Source: Amphiscolops sp. MND2022
Taxonomy: Eukaryota
Direction: 5' to 3'
Assembly (NCBI GenBank): GCA_964187785.1
Contig: OZ076409.1
Location: 77,316,001-77,380,000 of the forward strand
DNA: 64,000 bases
The notes beneath the pieces were generated by a model. The model was not told the DNA's origin. It did no database searches and worked only from the letters and a program-made list of their open reading frames with translations. The position numbers and the translations under genes were made by a program. Shown here one piece after another: positions 24,536 to 38,534 of the stretch; positions within the stretch are counted from its first letter, which is position 1, and each line of letters begins with the position of its first letter.

Positions 24536-26600
24536 CACACGGATAGATACGGGGTTAGGTGTTCCGAACGAAAAGTAAGTGTAGCACCACCACTAGATGT
24601 GTGCCAAGTTTCGAGGTTGTTGAATGAGTGGTTCACCCGGACGGGGGTGTTGGCCCAATTTTACACGAGGCCATTTTTGCTAAAAATTGTAATTTTCAGA
24701 CTAGAATCTTGATGAAGTTTCTAAGTGTTTTGAGTTATAAGTTTCATCAGTCACGTTTGAATTTGAGTTTCTCGTCTTGCAGTTGACTGGCGCCAACACA
24801 ATGTCCCTATCTATTCAGCGTAGTGGAGGCCGAAAAAACACTTCTACTTTTCTGAAATGTTTCCCCTTGCGGAAACATCCCACAGCAAGCTAAGTCGGCA
24901 TATTTGCAGCCGAGTTGTTTAAAAAGTGGACTTGGACCTGTGATTTCTGAGTGACTTGCTCAATGTCTCAAAGGTCTCCTTGCTCGCCTTTGCTCTTCTC
25001 ATTTTTGTTTACTCTGCCAAATGCGTTTTTCCTGAAGGAAACTAATGACAAAATTGCTCAAAACTCAACTATAATGAAATCGAGGAGACTTGAAAATGCA
25101 GTAAACAAAAACCATGTTTCTAACGGAAGACGAATTCACTAACCACTACATCATGATACCCAAAATTGATCCCAAAAAAAGTTTTCGTTTTTTGGATCAA
25201 TTAAGTATTTTTTCGAACAAACTGACATTTCTTTTTTTAAAATGGGGCTGGCAACCTAGTGCGCAAATTGTTTTCTTTTTCAACTTTCTGCATCTTCTTT
25301 TTCACGGAATTGTTCAAAAATTGAACAAAAACCGCAAAATGTTTTTCGAGAGTTTTTGATTCATTCGAGAAATGGTTTTTTGGATAAGCGATCCATTTCT
25401 CATTTAAATTTTCGTTAATTATACAGTATTTTCATCTTTTGTTTTCCTTGGATTTTGACTAAAAATCCTGAAATTGCTTAGAAAGTGTTCAAAACTATTC
25501 GAACTTTGAAAGAAGTTTCATTGTTTTTCGGTGCATCATGGCATGGAAACTTTCGAAAACTGAGCAATACTTGCCAAAAACTATTCATAATTTGGAAAAT
25601 CTGAGAGTTTTGCTCATTCAAGGGTCACTTTCTGGCATTTGCTCTTTTGTCACTATTTTCAAAAAGTTCAAAATACTTTTTAAATACGCATCCCGGGAAA
25701 GTAAGTTCATAGTAGTTGAATTGTGCGGAAGAGGAACCTCTATCATTTGGGTAAACTGGAAATTGGGACATTTTGGAAACAAAAAGCAGCTCAGTTAGTG
25801 TTTTCTTTTCCCATGTGGAATAATGGATAGAAGAAGAAAACTTTTGATATAACAAACGTTACATTGATTCCATTACGTTCATTAGCGAAAGATATTTTGA
25901 ATCAGAAAATTGCATGCTGCTAATTTGAATCCTGCGGAAGTACTGAGGAATTTGATTTTTTTTGAAGATTGCCCTGAAGCTAATTATTTTTTCAAAGTGT
26001 TTTCCAAAATGATTCTCAAATCCAATGATTTAGAGGAAATATAAATTCAGCAAAAAGAAACAATTGGATAAAAAGAGAATATAATTATAAGCTACACCAT
26101 AACAACAACCGATTTTGTTTTTTTCCTCGAACAATGCACGTTAATCTATCTCGTTGGCTGAAAATAAAAGTTTTCATCTCCGAATGCCAATGCTAACATG
26201 AAAAAAATGATAAATTGTTGAAAAACTAAATCTAGATTACTTTGGTAAGAACTTTTCTGATCGAATTCCGGACCAAATTCTTCAGCCCAAAAGAGAGAAC
26301 CTTCAATAACTCACTTCGAACAACAATGTCTTGCTGTGGTGCAATATACCCCGCAATTGTTTGATCATGCCATGATTTGTTTTCCTCAATTCCAAAACTA
26401 GGCAAATAGTCAAACTTTTTTTCAAGCGGCTTTTTAAAAGTGTATTGTGCAAAACTATTGAGAAAATGGATAGATTTAAGCATACTTCTTGTAGCATATT
26501 ACTTGAAAACTATCTATAAAAAGGGAGCAGAGAAGCAGAAACAAAACAATAGAACAGGCAAGCTTTAATAAAACAAACTGGAAACGTTTCTTATCCACTA

Positions 26601-26755
26601 CCCTGGTCGAAACTGCCGGGACTTTTTACATGTTGCATACATGTACGCAGGGTATTTTTCAATAAAACATAGAAAATTCAGACTACGCGCAGGGAAAAAA
26701 CTTGTAAGTTTATACTGCAGCATGGAAAATCCTGGCAGCATTTCACTGCGCGTTA
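26601..26755 (+). mobile_element. Partial CCC-MITE left end
   Basis: ccctggtcgaaactgccgggactttttacatg...aataaaacatagaaaattcag is similar to 21227 and 21575; an inverted relative lies at about 29760-29910. Confidence 0.6.
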
Positions 26756-27569
26756 AAAAAGGTCGCTTCAACTTACAAAATTTTTGAAAAAAGTCCCTGA
26801 AATATTTTTCTTTCCCGAACGTCAGTGCAACCGTAAAAAAAATTGTTTAAAAACTCATTCTCAACATTGTAACTAGGCTAGAAATCCTGATTTTTTTCTT
26901 GAAATTGTCTGTAAAACTAAAACCTCTACTGAGAGCGATTTAATAAAAAACTAAAAATTAATGTGAATTAAAATGAATACTAAAAGAACAACTTCAAAAT
27001 TGAGAAAAGAAGCAATGTTATGGCAAACATTGTTTTAAAGGTATGACAAACAATGTTTCGCAGTTGAGAAGCAACAACTACTGAACTTCGCAGGTGTCAA
27101 AAACAGATCGAAGCGGCTTTCCACGAAGTTTCTTGCAAGTCTCCGAAACGGAGTCCACACAATCGTTACCAGTTTGGAGTAAAAAGCTGGAACATAAAAC
27201 ACCCCTATGTAAATCAGATGGTTGCGAAGCATCAGTCACAAAAAAACTGGAGTTCCAAAGCTGCAAAAACGAAGAGCTTATAATCAAAAATATCCTCATA
27301 GACAGCCTGAAACATACTTTGCGAGAACGCACGCTCAGAAACGACTTAGAGTGGGCAAAATGGCGTTTCGAAAGGCAAAGACCAGAAATGTGCTAAATGA
27401 AGGATCTTCAGGTTTCCGATTTTTCAACACTCTGAGATATACAAAGCTGAATGTTCTGCAAACAAAATGCTTTGGGAACTGTAGCTCATTGTTGATAGTT
27501 TACAACCCTAGGCCATAGAAAAGTCAGTACCTGTTCAGAACCTCCAAAAATATTGTTATCGATGAAATT

Positions 27570-28157
27570 CCCCAAAAAAGTGATTTTAGACGTTATTCCG
27601 CAAAAATATTGTTTTTAGACAATCTTCTTCCATATTACGGGTGTTTTAGACGTTATTCCAATACAATACAGCGCTTCTAGACCTTTTTTGAACCAAATTA
27701 CAGTAATTTTAGACGTTATTCTCCAAAAAATAATGATTTTAGACGTTCTTCCCCAAAAAAGTGATTTTAGACGTTATTCTGCAAAAATAGTAATTTTAGA
27801 CAATATTCGTCCAAATTACGGGTTATTTAGACGTTATTCCAATACAATACAGCGTTTCTAGATCGTTTTAAAACCAAATTACTGTGAATTTAGACGTTAT
27901 TCTCCAAAAAATAATGATTTTAGACGTTCTTCCCCAAAAAAGTGATTTTAGACGTTATTCTGCAAAAATAGTAATTTTAGACAATATTCGTCCAAATTAC
28001 GGGTTATTTAGACGTTATTCCAATACAATACAGCGTTTCTAGATCGTTTTAAAACCAAATTACAGTGAATTTAGACGTTATTCTCCAGTAAATAATGATT
28101 TTAGACGTTCTTCCCCAAAAAAGTGATTTTAGACGTTATTCCGCAAAAATAGTGATG
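27570..28157. repeat. Minisatellite of ~30-bp TTTTAGACGTTATTC units organised in a 181-bp higher-order repeat (~3.2 copies)
   Basis: ccccaaaaaagtgattttagacg recurs at 27570, 27751, 27932 and 28113; six subunits per period. Confidence 0.95.
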
Positions 28158-30213
28158 TTTCCTATGTTGGTTGAATTTTATTGTCTGCCACCGGGGCTGG
28201 GGCACATGATGAATAAAGAAGCATTGTTTTTTAAAAACGCTGTTCAATGACGACGATCCAAATCTGATGATTCCCTAAAAAATGGTCCAAATTTGACTAA
28301 AAGTTTTGAATTCGAATTTTTGGTTTTCAAAAATTTTGTTTATTTTTCCCTCCAAAAAACACCTCATGCAAAAATTTCAGCACAAATGCTTGCAAAAACT
28401 TCTATTTATCCTTTCAGTTAGTTTGTCAGATTTTCTGAAGATTTTTGGAGCTAACATGTTTGAAAAAAGTTTGAAATTTCAATCAATCAAATCAGCGTTA
28501 TTTTGATATTCCGTTCTAAAGTAGTTCCTGAAAAAAGCCTTGTAAAACTTTATTATGAAATGTTCTCGTTTTTCCAAACCCGAAAAGTGATATAATTGCC
28601 CATTCCAACAGTTTTCGCGCGGAAAAAAGTTTTCCCACCGAAAGAAGTTCCAGTTATACGAATTTTTTTTGCCACACTGGAACACGTAAAAGTTTGTTTA
28701 CATCATATGTTAGCGTGAGCACTCATAAAGTTTGAGGTTTTGCCGGCGAAAACACGGCAAAATTCGCAAGGAATTATTTTGAACCTCCTTGATGTTCGGA
28801 AAACACGCCAAATTGTAAAGTCCTAAAAATACTTGAGAAAATAGCATTGCATCAGGGAAATGTTTACCACGAATGATTGAACAAGGAACTCCCAAAATCA
28901 TACTGAAAGTGCTTGGCAACCTTAATGAACAAATAAAACTTCCCAGCAGATTCAACCAGGGTAGTTTATATTCTAACAGCATGTAAAATTGATCCATTTG
29001 TAATTGTAAAACGAATAAAAATCATCTGAGGAAATCATCCATTTCGAGAAAATTGAGAACGTACTTGTTTCTAATTTCAGAAAGTTTCATTAGCTTTTTT
29101 AGATTTCCATTTGCAAACTGACTGAAAGACATTTCGAAAAATGTCTGAAGCCAATTCGTTAAACTTGTTTATACTTTCTGTTCCAGAACTATGTAAACAA
29201 CTACACTGAAGAAGAACAGCCAAGAGATGATTGCAGTTGTGTCGAAACAACATTTTACTTGCGTTGACAAACCACGTGCTTCTATGGAACTTGCATGATC
29301 ATGCTTGGAAATGCCGTGATGACAACACGTGTATAACCGATTAATGTTGTTCTTGTTTGAGCAAACTTATATCGGTTATATCGGATCTTATCACAGATTT
29401 TGTTATTTCGGTTCAGATGTGATAATCGGTCGACCAATGGTTTTGAAGAAACCGCCAAATTATTGAAACTTCTGGGAATGCAATTTCACAGGTTCAAAAA
29501 TTATCAATCGATCTCACAAGCGATCTCACTACTATTGACTGAACTTTCTAAGGAACTGCTGAATAAAACTCTCTTTTCTCGTTTCTCGTTCAGTCAGTCG
29601 AATTCAGTTCAGTCAGTTTTGCATTCGATGAAATCTTTCAAATTGCAATCAAAAACACTTGTGAGAGTACACTGTGGAGTACTCCATAGCAAATTATTCT
29701 AATAATCAAATGCTTTCAAAAAATCTTTATGATGCTTGGTCATCGTTCAAAGCACAGTGAAATGCTGCCAGGATTTCCCAAGCTGCAGGGAAGTTTCACT
29801 AAAATTTTTCTAGACATTTCTAAGTTTCCCTGAATTTTCTAGTTTTTTTCGAAAAATAATAATTTGCGTGCTTTAATGTTTTATGTAAAAAGTTCCCGTA
29901 GTCTCGACAATGATGATGGCTTTTGTTGAAGGTACCATCATTCACCGAGGATCTTCATTTGATATTTTTGTGATTTTCAGGTAAAACAAATTTTATAAAA
30001 AGTTTGATCAAGAAATTGATTATTGCTCCTAATTTTTTGCTTTTGAAATTCATCATTAGTCATGATATTTCATTTGAAGTTCGAGCATTCATCAAACGTC
30101 TTACTAGGAAAAGTATTTGAACATCATATGCTTCTTTGAACAAAGCACCACACCTAGATCCCGATTTCTCAAAAGATGAGGCCAAAGAAATTTATCAGTG
30201 AAATTTTTAAATC

Positions 30214-31187
30214 ACACGCTTCCGGAAGGAATGAACTATTATTCGTTTGAACAGTACATGGAAAACAAGACTCAGTAACATAATATGAAAAATATTATTC
30301 AATTGGGACAGCCGATGAGCTTCAAACCAATTGAGCACATAGGAATTAATCCCAAATTGGTGAACTTAAAAGTTTGAGAAAAAAGAACAGTCAAAAAAAG
30401 ATTTACAAGATTCGATAGTACAAAATAGGAACTAAGCCGTTTCGCGTCCTTTAAGTTTTATGCAAGCAGTGATTCTCAACAGCCTTAAGATACGGTGAAC
30501 CTGAGTCTTACTACAAAGAAGTTCTCCAATGAGTTGCAAAATTTTTGCCGTTTTTATGTTCAATTCTGTAGAAACATCAGAGAGAATAGAGGGTTTTTTA
30601 CTATAAAACTTGAGCTTTGTCTCAAGTACTATGTGAAAGAATCATTGTACTCACCGTCCTGACCTTTTGATGTAAGATTAACTTATAGCCTACCAGGGAC
30701 ACGCTTCCGGAAGGAATGAACTATTATTCGTTTGAACAGTACATGGAAAACAAGACTCAGTAACATAATATGAAAAATATTATTCAATTGGGACAGCCGA
30801 TGAGCTTCAAACCAATTGAGCACATAGGAATTAATCCCAAATTGGTGAACTTAAAAGTTTGAGAAAAAAGAACAGTCAAAAAAAGATTTACAAGATTCGA
30901 TAGTACAAAATAGGAACTAAGCCGTTTCGCGTCCTTTAAGTTTTATGCAAGCAGTGATTCTCAACAGCCTTAAGATACGGTGAACCTGAGTCTTACTACA
31001 AAGAAGTTCTCCAATGAGTTGCAAAATTTTTGCCGTTTTTATGTTCAATTCTGTAGAAACATCAGAGAGAATAGAGGGTTTTTTACTATAAAACTTGAGC
31101 TTTGTCTCAAGTACTATGTGAAAGAATCATTGTACTCACCGTCCTGACCTTTTGATGTAAGATTAACTTATAGCCTACCAGGGACAC
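30214..31187. repeat. Tandem duplication, 2 x 485 bp
   Basis: acacgcttccggaagg at 30214 and 30699; copies look identical by eye; ACAC shared at both breakpoints. Confidence 0.95.
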
Positions 31188-33516
31188 TACCTGGATAATT
31201 TTGGAAGTATTCAAGAAGCTTTAAATGGTCAAAATTACAAAAATTCAATAATTGTAGGATTTTTAACTTTTCGCTCATGTTATGATGTTTATTTAAATTA
31301 TTTTTCCGTGAACAGAAATGTAGTCAAATTGCTATGTTAATACATGTTTTTGAGGGTAAGCGAGAGTGAAACTTCTGTGTGTGTGCAATCAGCATATGAA
31401 TGCAACTCACCAAAACTTGTCAGAAAGCAAAAGGAATGAAATTGAGAACGCGCTATGAGTGGCCGTACGCGTAGCTAATAAGAAAACGGCCGCCGCACAC
31501 TTTGGAATTACATCTTAATGCAAAGTAAAAATCAAAACGTGAAATCTCGAAAATGAAAAAAAGATATCAACAAAAGATTTTCAGCATTCAATTGCCAGTC
31601 CAAAGGAGAACTTAAGATGTAAATATGAGCTTTGTGCGACAACGGAAACATATTGGGGATAAGCATTGAAAATAGGTTTTTAAAAAGATTTGACGTTTTT
31701 TTCCAAATACGAGTTTAATTTGAAAATTTCGTGTGATCGCTACAGGTTTCTGAAAATGTTCAAAATTAAAGATATATGAATGTCCTAACTTTTGGTAAAT
31801 GGAAAATAAATAATTTGCAATAGTTTTGAGACCTGAGTCAGCATACGTTTGAAAAGGCCTCGTCAAAATATTTGTTGTTCGCATGTTTTCACCTAGTACT
31901 TCACGTACAAGCGCAAAATAGCCAGCCCCTTTGCAGCATACTTGAGACTTGAAGTGAATGAGTCAGTAAAATAATATATAGAGCGCTGCGGCGCGCTAGC
32001 AAGAAGCCCCCAAGAATTTAGTGTTGTGATTTCTTTTTGCCAGTAGTGAAATCGACCTACGAAAATGCGAACAACCCCGCACGTTTTGGGCGACATCGAG
32101 CTGAAACTTCCAGAGTAGACGCACAAGAGTCTGGCGCACAGCGTTTAGCATGATCGTTTTACCAAAAATTGACCTGGTTTCGTGATATTGACTTCTAAAA
32201 GTTGGAGGCAAGGTCACCGAAATTCGAAAATTGACCCCTTATAGAAAAAGCGCTACCAAATTTTGTAGAAACAAGATAAAGACTTCATCTAAAACGCAAA
32301 ATACTTCTAATGGCTTGGGCTAACGATATATATAAGCCCTTACACTGTACCATTCAGTACGAGCCTCTAAATTTGCGGTTACTGCAAAATGTAATATGCG
32401 ATTTTCGACCAAACTTTAAGGGCGTGGTTTACCATGAAGGAGCTGAAATAGAAAGTTGTTTTTCGAGTAACCTTTTGTAGTCCTTTAACTGTAAAGTTAA
32501 ATACCATGCTTGATTTTAGCAAACCGTGATCGGATCATTTAGTTTTTGCCCTTCAAATGTGTAACTCGAAAAATGTGTTTTCGAATGTGAACTAAAATTG
32601 CCTCAAAGATCATTGTTAAGTGTTCGAATCTGTTTCCTTCAGCCATATTTTGCTGGAGAGAGTTGTCAGATGTCATGTGGGAAAAAGAGACCTGACAAAA
32701 AGTGCAAATGTCAATCATAGAGTCGAAGTTAAAGTCGTGTTAGCAAAAAGGGAAAAATTGAGTCAGTGATACCCCTCAAATTCTATTGAAAACGAAGGAA
32801 AACCACTTTGAACGGTTGGAGCCAGGACTGTCTCGTGATGAGACAGTGTACATCTGATGAGCCTTTAGTACCGAAGTAGGAAAACTGTATTTCTCAACAC
32901 TTAGTCAGGCCCCCAAAAGGAAAGTTGACGAAAAACGAATAATGAAATGACTAAATCGCCGAACAAGTAACTTTGGCCGAGGTGTGTGCCAAGTCGAAGA
33001 CCTACACACTGAGATAAAATCTAGAAAACAGTTTGGCTTGTTCTGTCGGCGACTTCTATCTACAGCTACAAGTGAGATGTGACTCCAGGACCTTGTGTTG
33101 AGATAACTTCGGAACAGGATTTTGTCGTAAGTGAGGTTTGACTCCAAGATCTTCGTGGGAGCATTCCAATCGTGACTGAGGTGAGACTCCAATTTCTCCG
33201 TGGTAACACTTTTCTCGAACTCCTTAATCGTGCGTGAGGTGAGACTCTGAGACTTTCGTTGAACATTATTGTATTCCTAATCGTGCGTGAGATGGAACTC
33301 CAAGACTGGCACTGAGATACAATTGCTTTCACTCCAAGACCGATGAAGAAGATTTGCGGATAGTTACTTCATCTGATATTCTACGACATCATTCCATATC
33401 CTTACGAAGACACAACCAAACCTTGCTGAAGCCTTTATTGATTGATTTCTTGTGTTATATGCCTTCTAATATAATCCATATTATTCTCCGCTGTTATTGA
33501 TGTTATCTTAGTATTC

Positions 33517-33716
33517 NNNNNNNNNNNNNNNNNNNNNNNNNNNNNNNNNNNNNNNNNNNNNNNNNNNNNNNNNNNNNNNNNNNNNNNNNNNNNNNNNNNN
33601 NNNNNNNNNNNNNNNNNNNNNNNNNNNNNNNNNNNNNNNNNNNNNNNNNNNNNNNNNNNNNNNNNNNNNNNNNNNNNNNNNNNNNNNNNNNNNNNNNNNN
33701 NNNNNNNNNNNNNNNN
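33517..33716. other. Assembly gap (200 N)
   Basis: Run of N. Confidence 1.
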
Positions 33717-36117
33717 GACAAAAAAGTCTTTGTCCTTTTTCACACTTTCATACAACTTGTGTACAAAGTTTGTTTGGGTCAGAGGGTTACAGGGTGTAGC
33801 TTTGCAGTACACTTTTTCGCAGAGATAGACGAAGTGTTGTTCTCTAGAATGACTCTGAATGAGTCAAAAAATCAATCAATTTAGTTGCTCTTATAATAGG
33901 CTTCTTTTTTGGAGATATTTCCACATGCCTAAGTCAGAAAGCATTCAAACTGACCCAAAAGACAGAAAAATCTATGTAAAAATATTAATACTTTTTTATG
34001 CATTCTTTGATGAAACTTTGTAAATTAGACAGTTACAATCTAAATAAGATCCAAACAATATATCTAGTGAAACTGGCAGTTTTCTAAGAACAATACCATC
34101 GATTGGACGGAACAGTCAAAAATCAAATATTTTTTCCAATATTTGACGTTTTCGTTTGGGATATTGTCGAGAGTTTCGAATTTCTTTCATTCCTTCAAGC
34201 TTCTATACATTGTCATAGTGCATTGGCTACTTTTGAGCCTCAAAAATCATGTCGAAGTAGAACAGTTTGGGGTGGAACTGATCTCGCTGGTCAGCGGGCG
34301 TCTTGTTTGAAAAAGAATTACAAGGTGGAATTGGTACAACACAGTAACCTTTTCCGATCCAACAAGTCGGCTACAAACCTAGAAGTTCAATCATACATCC
34401 TCACTAGTCCGAGTGGTGAGGATATATGATTGAAGTCCTACTTTCCATGTTGCTGGAAAATATCGAGACAATTGATAACTTGATTGGATATAAAAAGTGT
34501 TTGAAAAATGTCGCACAAGATAGGTAATCTTATCGGAAGCAAAGGGTTCAAGAGAAACATGCAATTATTGAAAACAGTTGTATTGACTCGGGGCTCTCAA
34601 ACCTGGACTGCATCGAATATATGGCGGGCGGATATTTATACAGGTTTTATAAAAAAAATTGCTGCATTTGATATTCCTATTATTCAGGAAAACTTCATTC
34701 AATGAACAATTAGTTTGAAAATCAATCAATTTGTTTATTCAAATAAGAATTTTGATTTTTAATTGAAACAGCGCGGAATAAGTGACGTTATCTTTATTTA
34801 ACGTATTGGCCAATTGAAATAATTTTTGATTTCCAGAAGAGCTGCTATGTTTTACACTAAGAATACATTGAGCTGTTTCAATTAAATCCAAGAAAAAGAT
34901 CTAACAAAAGTAAATTTTACAAAAGTTAATAAAATCAATGTCGTCTGATTGAAACTGTTCAATGGCTTTTACGATCGCAATGTTATTACCATTGTCTTTA
35001 GCTGGGCCTTGAAATATTGCTCCATTTGTCTCGACTTTTAATTTGAAGTGTAAGAGCTTTTTATTTCAAGAAGTCTTGCGAAAATGAAATATTAATAATT
35101 TACTAGCATTTGTGATTTCTGATTTCAGATTATTTTTAATGCAGTGGTACATACATTAATTTTATGATTTTATCATGATGGTATTATAATTATGATTTTA
35201 TGATACTTTTCCAATACAATGACTACTTTAGCATGGAAACGAGCCATTCACCAGTCACTGACATCTTAGCTGTAGAAATTAATTACAAAACGAAATTAAC
35301 ATCTTTGATCGTATAAAACTTGTAAGGGTCTTATAATATTGCCCTGCTTTGGTCAAACATAATTGAAACTGAAAAGAAATCATAGATCTGAAGTCGAAAT
35401 TCCGTACACTAATTTCCTCTTTAGTTCTAGAATCAATTGAAAACAGCAAACAATTGAGAGGAAAGTTAACGTGATTTCATACTTCAAAAAAACTGAAAGA
35501 AGCTTTGAATAGATTGTCATTATTTAGTGTTTCGTGTCGAATACATGCTTTATTGACACGATATCAAATGTTAGTTCGAATGAGTAATATTTTTGAACGT
35601 TCTACACTATTGATCAATAAAGTAGAACGTTCAAAAATATTACTCATTGTAAATGGAGACTTTTCACTTCTCATGATTATTATTTGTACGCATCTACAGA
35701 ATTCAGAACTTGGGCATTAAAAAAACGTCTACTAGAAGAACATCAAAAGATATGGGGTCTCAATACGGAAATTTGTGCAAGTTTTTCTGGTTTTACTATA
35801 GCTCTTATAAGAGTAAATCGCATTTACTCATTTTTATCACATCAAATCAATGATATATGTGTTCATACTCTCAGTCAAAGAAGACATACTTGAGCAATAT
35901 CAAGGGAGGCCTCTTGAGAAGCTCCAAAAATTTGGGAGTACCCCAAGTGTTTTCATCATGGTCAATGCATGGTGATGTTAATTCTATACATGGGCAAGCA
36001 TAGAAATAACACGACCGTGAAATTACCAGTATATGCTCTTGTCCATGCTCTTTTTAAAACTTGGAATTGCTTAGTTCAAGAAATGCAAGAATGAGAAACA
36101 GTCTTCTGTGAGTGTAA

Positions 36118-36586
36118 GCAAGACCAGAACGTCTAAAGTCGGCGCTATATCTAAGGCCCAAAAACGCAAAACATTTTTTTCTGAAAAAAACTTCAAATTT
36201 TCGAAAATTTTTTCTTTCAGAAAATGACGCACAGTGCCGAAAAATTTAAAAGGGGGATCCTTGGGGATTTATTAACATACATGCAATTGCAAAATATCAA
36301 AAAAACTCGAATGGGGGATCCTTTGAAAAATTTTCGAAAAGAAGTCGCACAGTGCCGACAAATATCCAAAGGGGATCTTTTAGGCACGTCCGGTTTTGTA
36401 GGTTACGTTTAGAAAGTAAAAAAAACCAAAGAAGGGCCCTGTGGAATAACTTAGATGCGTTTCCCGGGTATTCGTTTAGGTTCCTTTAGTTGAACGTTAA
36501 CGTTCGTCGCTTCGAGTCTGTCTTAAAAAGAAAAAAAACGAGCGACTGTAATAGTCGATCTCTTTTATTACTAAAAGTGCCGATTA
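36118..36586 (-). mobile_element. HINE/DINE-1-like family 1 copy
   Basis: Same ends as 11058-11645 (caagaccagaacgtctaaagtcggcgctatatctaa ... taatagtcg...gtgccgatta). Confidence 0.7.
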
Positions 36587-38534
36587 AAAAACAGAAAAGA
36601 GGAAATTTTTGGAGCCTGGAAACTTCATTTCAAGTTTCAAACATGCTAAATATTCAGACCCAGAAGTTGAGTTCACATGTCCAATAACAGGCCCCAAATC
36701 TCAGAAGAAAAAGAAGATTTAGATTTAATTAATTTGATGACCGAGGGTGTACAAACTACAAACTTATATAAAGTTGATTGTCACCAGTATTAATTCACCA
36801 ACCAGATAATTCTGCACAAACAGAAAGGTTATTAAAGTTATCAACTTCCACGGTATTCATCAACCGGTCTAGTTTTATTAAATTCGGGTAGTGAAAATAA
36901 TAAGTGTAAAATTCGGACAGAAATACTGCGGTAGGAGTCTTTCAAGATCAGTTTGGAAAAACTTACAGACTAGTAGTAGGTGGTATTCGTCGGCTCTACA
37001 ATTTTCTACAGAACGGACAAGTATTGCTTTTGTTCCCTAGGATCTTGTCTTTTACCGTTGGTAGATTTATAGGTGCACACCTTAAATGGGTCAACCCTAT
37101 CCTTTCTTCAAAATTCAGTTTGCGAATATACATTTCTAATTCAACCTTTTGCTTGTGTATACTGTAACACACACACGTGGGCCTTGTACGCGTCATTGTT
37201 TGCCAGGATTGGTTAGCAACATCCTCTCAGTATCTTTTGATATATTTTTTGATTTCATTGTCATTAACATAGCTGACGTAATTCTCAATCGTTGGTATAC
37301 GGCGGTTTATCAGTATGTTTTTCACACCTTGCGACCACTTCTTCTTATAGTTGATTAAGTTTCACCATTTGAGCATCAGATTGGGAATTTCCTGATTTTT
37401 CTTGTTAACTTCTACTCAGTAGGATGCCATTCGTTTTCAGATTGAAAACGTCAGCTCTGTTTGTCCTAATTCATTGAATATCATTGCTTTCGGGGTACTT
37501 TTCCAAAGTTTTAATATCTTTCTCAAAACATTTCGGTGGAAAATTTCAAATTGTTCGACAATTTCATATCCCACCACCTCACAGCCGTACAATAAAAAAG
37601 GTTCGATCAAGGCGTCGAAAAGTTGTAGTTGTGTTTCTACTTCTCATTCCTTTTTACCCGAATAGACTGCTAGTTTATTTAATGCTTTTTTAATTTTATC
37701 CACATTGTATTTTATGGTCGTTTGAGAAGTGTTATTAGACTTGACATCATTTCCCAAATACAGAAAGTTATCAACACGTTCATTACCATACACAAAAACA
37801 TCGGAAAATTTTCCAATTTTCCCGCTTGAACATATCATAAACTTTGTCTTAGCAACTTTAATTTTCTTATTGTTTTCCATACAGTACTCTGCTATTGCGT
37901 CGAGTGCTTTTTGCATATATAGTTCACTTTCGCTCATGAGCACGGTATGATCTACATATAGAAGGGCGAACATGTTTAACCACGAATCGAAATCTGAGAC
38001 CTCTCTGTTTAAACTAGTTTCGGACTGTAGTTCGATTCCTAGAACGTCTGACTAATAAAATGTTTAAAATCGTTATTGTAAAGTATAAACAATAGAGGTG
38101 ACAATGTATCCCTTGTCGTACGCCCATTAGACAGTTGAATACGTCTGATAGCTCTACATTGACTCTATCACATGCATTCGTTTTTTGATGTAGATTTCGT
38201 ATGACTTCTAACACTCTTCCTTTTATGTTCACCGACTGCATTTCTGTCCAAAATAAGCCGTGATCAACTCGGTCAAATGCTTTCTCGTAATCGATGAAAG
38301 TCAAAAACAACTTTTTCTTCCTGGTTATGTACAGTGAGATCAGTGATGTTAAAACAAAAATTTGGTCGGCACAGCCCATATTTTTTTCTAAATGCAGCTT
38401 GTTCTCTACCTTACACATTGCTTTCTTCTAGATCATTTAGTATCCTATCAGTTAGAAGCGCATGAAAAAGTTTACACAGACAGCTCGAAAGTGAGGTCCC
38501 CGTGTAGTTGTTTGAGTCGTTTCTATCACCTTTT

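Noticed and set aside
24950..25045. Second signal-peptide-like stretch (KVSLLAFALLIFVYSAKC)
   Set aside because: No in-frame ATG seen nearby, no convincing donor site, and a stop follows shortly
27094..27396. 100-aa ORF as a possible terminal exon
   Set aside because: No recognisable motif and no linked upstream exons found
27570..28157. CRISPR-like array (constant core with variable intervening sequence)
   Set aside because: The intervening sequences are ~15 bp and recur with a 181-bp period, there are no cas genes and the context is eukaryotic; it is a minisatellite
32890..33516. Repetitive GAGACTCCAA-containing segment, possibly an LTR element piece
   Set aside because: No diagnostic termini or domains, and it is truncated by the gap
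33435..33812. ORFs spanning the N run
   Set aside because: Artefacts of translating the gap
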